DNA of 64,000 nucleotides from Vezdaea acicularis (Eukaryota): NCBI GenBank assembly GCA_026025075.1, contig JAPEUI010000031.1, positions 62,001 to 126,000 of the forward strand, read 5' to 3'. Shown piece by piece: positions 61,114 to 64,000 of this stretch (position 1 is its first letter; each line of letters starts with the position of its first letter). The notes under the pieces were generated by a model. It saw only the letters and a program-made list of their open reading frames with translations, ran no database searches and was not told where the DNA came from. The position numbers and the translations under genes were made by a program.

Positions 61114-61760
61114 CTTGCTTGCTTTATATTTCAACGGCCGGCCCTCGCTCTCTCGCTCTCTCCCCCCTCCTCGCCCGAGCCTGCTGCCTCCATCGCGACC
61201 GGCATTCTTACTCGTCGGCCGCCGAAGCGACCTGGCTCCTGCTTCCTGCTCGACACCTCCCGACTGCCCTCCCTCCCCCCCTCCCCCCTGCTCGCTTTGT
61301 TTAGTCTCGATTGAGGGCCCGTCCAAGCCTCCTCCTGCCCTTTCATCACCCTCCCTGCACCGTGGAATTCAGTGCCGCTGGCGGTCGAAACATACATAAT
61401 TTCAGCAATCACCGGCCCTCGCATTCCATTCACCGTGCCGACCTCGTCTCCCTTCACGTCCACAGAGTCAGCTGTCAATAACCCCCCGTCCCACTTTGTC
61501 TGTGTTCCCTAGCGGATATACGAAGCTGGTCGTGGAGGTTTGCCCGCAGACATCTGCAACCGTGGAGCGGGCCTTGATATCATGACCTGACTGCCCCACC
61601 AGGCGCGCCCTTGACGCCGACGCACAATAAGATCGGACCACAACACTCCACATCATCTATAACACCCTCGGATGCCCCACCCCACAACGGCCTCTCCGTT
61701 GTTAACATCACCAGAGCCGACCATTTCATCCCTCCCAACCCGACGCCCTGCCACGCTCCC

Positions 61761-63852
61761 ATGTATCAGACACCGCCTCGACGCCAGCATTTCGATTTCT
61801 TTCCTTGCGTCCGACCGTCGTTCGACCCCTCTACGTGGAAAGGACAAGGGCTGGGTCACCGTTCCGTTGTAGCAAGAACGTCTCCGGCGGCGCCCTTTCC
61901 CGTGGGAGCGAGTTGGATTGCACCTACCCGAGACGGACTACACACGCCGCCTCCAGATCTCGACATGACAACAGCTCAGCTCGACTCGTTCCCGCTGCCC
62001 AGCAATCACGGAAACCCGTGGCATGGACATGACAGTATACCGCCGCTGCGGCTTCCTCAGCCGTCGACTCATCTGACGGACGGCATCGCGACGAACCTTC
62101 CTTCCAGGTCGGGACAAGCCATTGAGTCATCGACCAGCCGAATGGCGAGCCCCAGCTCTCGAAGAGCATCTCTCGCTGCACTTCAAGAGTCAGGGCACAG
62201 CCAAAGCTCGAAAAGCACATCGATCATCCCGTCTCTCCAGATTCCTCCTGAGATCAACGATAGTCAAGGCAGTCTGGCGGAATTCGCTGCTCAGGTATGA
62301 CGACCACAAAGGATGATTGAGGTGTGCACAGATCAAGAACGGAAGAGCTGACTATTCACTTCTAGATCACCTGTCTTTTTTGGTTCGAGACCTCCTATAC
62401 CCTTCAACGAGTTGAGGAAGCGACGTGGACGCCGACTCATGTCACGCCTCTGGTGCCGGAAGCAATACCCACCCTAGGGTTCAGAAAATGGGTCACAACG
62501 ATATTGACGACGACGCAAGTTTCGCAAAATGTCATCCTCCTCGCCCTGTTATTCATCTACCGGCTGAAGGCTCAAAATACGTCGGTGAAGGGCAAGGCGG
62601 GAAGCGAATACCGACTTTTGACGGTAGCGTTGATGTTGGGCAATAAATGTGAGTTTGTCACTCCTCTACTATGACATTGCATATGTGCCATGCCATGTGC
62701 TGAGTGCTAATTTTCCACCGTTTAGTTCTCGACGATAATACGTATACCAACAAAACGTGGGCTGAAGTATCGGGCATATCGGTGCAAGAGATCCACATCA
62801 TGGAGGTCGAATTCCTCAGTAACATGAGATACAGCCTTTTCACCTCGGAAAGGGAATGGAAGGAATGGTACGCGAAGCTCAGGAAGTTTTGGGACTACTT
62901 CGATCGAGCGTCCAAGGAGCCCCAGGAGGTCAAGACTCAGCTTTCAGGGCCCCTTGCGCCCCAGCTTCACATTCCGTTACCGTTGCCGTCACCTCCAGCA
63001 TCGACCCATACATCACCACCGTTCTTTTCATCAAACCAGCAAAACAATCAAAGCTACCATCACAACATGTCTGTCCCACCGCTGAATGCTGCTATCCCAT
63101 CGCCGGCCGCGTCGGTGCCGGATATCGATGCGATGTACAGAGCTAGGAAGCGGAGCTATGACGAGAGCAGCCACGAGCCACCAGCAAAACGGCTGGCACG
63201 TTCAATGGCGCCGTTACCCGCGACTTCTCAGATCTCTCGGGCACCGTCGTACACCCCAACGGCAATGCAGCACATGCCACGCTTACCCGTCCCCAATCTG
63301 TCGCTTCCGAATACGCAATCACCTAACCAATACCCCAACTACGCGCAGGCTCCGTTGCCATTACCCAGCCGTGCCATGTCCATGGTCTATCAAGGGACTC
63401 CACCACCCGTCGCTTGGTCTCAACCAAACTATACGCCCACGAGCATCGGACCGTCCGGTTTGGGCTCTCACGCTGCTGCGCCTTCATGGTCTGATCAACG
63501 AAAACCTTCACCGTACTCGTTGACCACATGTACCTCCTCGCCCTCAACCAACTTCTCCGCTACAACACCAAATCAGAGTAATCTGTCCCCATCTTTCTTC
63601 CTTACACAACGAAGCTCTCCCTATCGGCCGGTACGAAATGTGCACACGTTGTTGGTCCCGCCGCCCTCGGCATCCATGCACAATCCAAGCCAGAACCTGG
63701 GCATCAGCCAGATGCACTACCAGTCGCTAGGCCGGCCGCGAAACGAATGCAAGACAGGCGTCGTGCCGCACGTGAACCACGAGGCCTGGCCTCCGATGCA
63801 GCACCCGTCGAGGGATTGGCCGCAGTTTCCACTGCCCAACTTTAATGTCTGA
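61761..63852 (+). CDS. CLG1: Pho85-type (PCL) cyclin, Clg1-like (2 introns; start codon uncertain)
   Basis: SLAEFAAQ|ITCLFWFE, FRKWVTTILTTTQVSQNVILLALLFIYRLK, GSEYRLLTVALMLGNK|FLDDNTYTNKTWAEVSG..MEVEFL, and a Pro/Ser-rich tail. Confidence 0.8.
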
Positions 63853-64000
63853 AGTCTCTTCCGATGAGCGAATTCTCTTCCAACGAATTAGCGGAGGTGT
63901 CCACATTACACAACTTTCCTTTTTGCTCAAAGACAAGATATCTGTTGTAACAGTGGCATTCGTGGGCTGGGTAGAATATCTGCTTCCCTTGGATCATTCT

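Noticed and set aside
56167..61478. Numerous 60-224 aa ORFs in the long intergenic region
   Set aside because: They overlap in all frames, are low-complexity or microsatellite-derived, and have no domain motifs. This is expected in GC-rich DNA.

Overview
This window is a gene-dense region of a filamentous ascomycete (Pezizomycotina-type) nuclear genome with short GT-AG introns. About 22 protein-coding genes are supported. In order they are: PQ-loop vacuolar transporter, NHA1, palH/RIM21, ELG1, UTP8, MHR1, VPS38/UVRAG, LAC1-type ceramide synthase, a Cys-rich hypothetical, a DUF1996 secreted protein, PEX11C-like, WSC (PMP22/Mpv17), ARO80-like Zn2Cys6 factor, two orphan paralogs, F-box/RCC1 protein, RNR2, SRP21, DUF1308, PTM1, CWC23, IBA57/CAF17 and a CLG1-like cyclin. 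I see no rRNA, CRISPR, convincing tRNA or intact transposon. The most interesting part is a ~9.6 kb accessory island (34.3-43.9 kb). It holds a T5orf172/GIY-YIG-like nuclease with three C-C-C-H modules next to a same-strand paralog that keeps the N-terminal module and a TPATTPxxSR motif but has lost the nuclease. This is a candidate nuclease/decoy (toxin-antidote-like) pair. The island also has a single-stop pseudogene candidate and an AT-rich block of iterated motifs. Other notable points: a 4x14-aa Gly-rich insertion in WSC, an ATF4-like uORF layout ahead of the cyclin, and a recurring 5'-C/3'-G skew within genes. All family calls are from recalled motifs, not database searches, and exon boundaries were inferred by eye.
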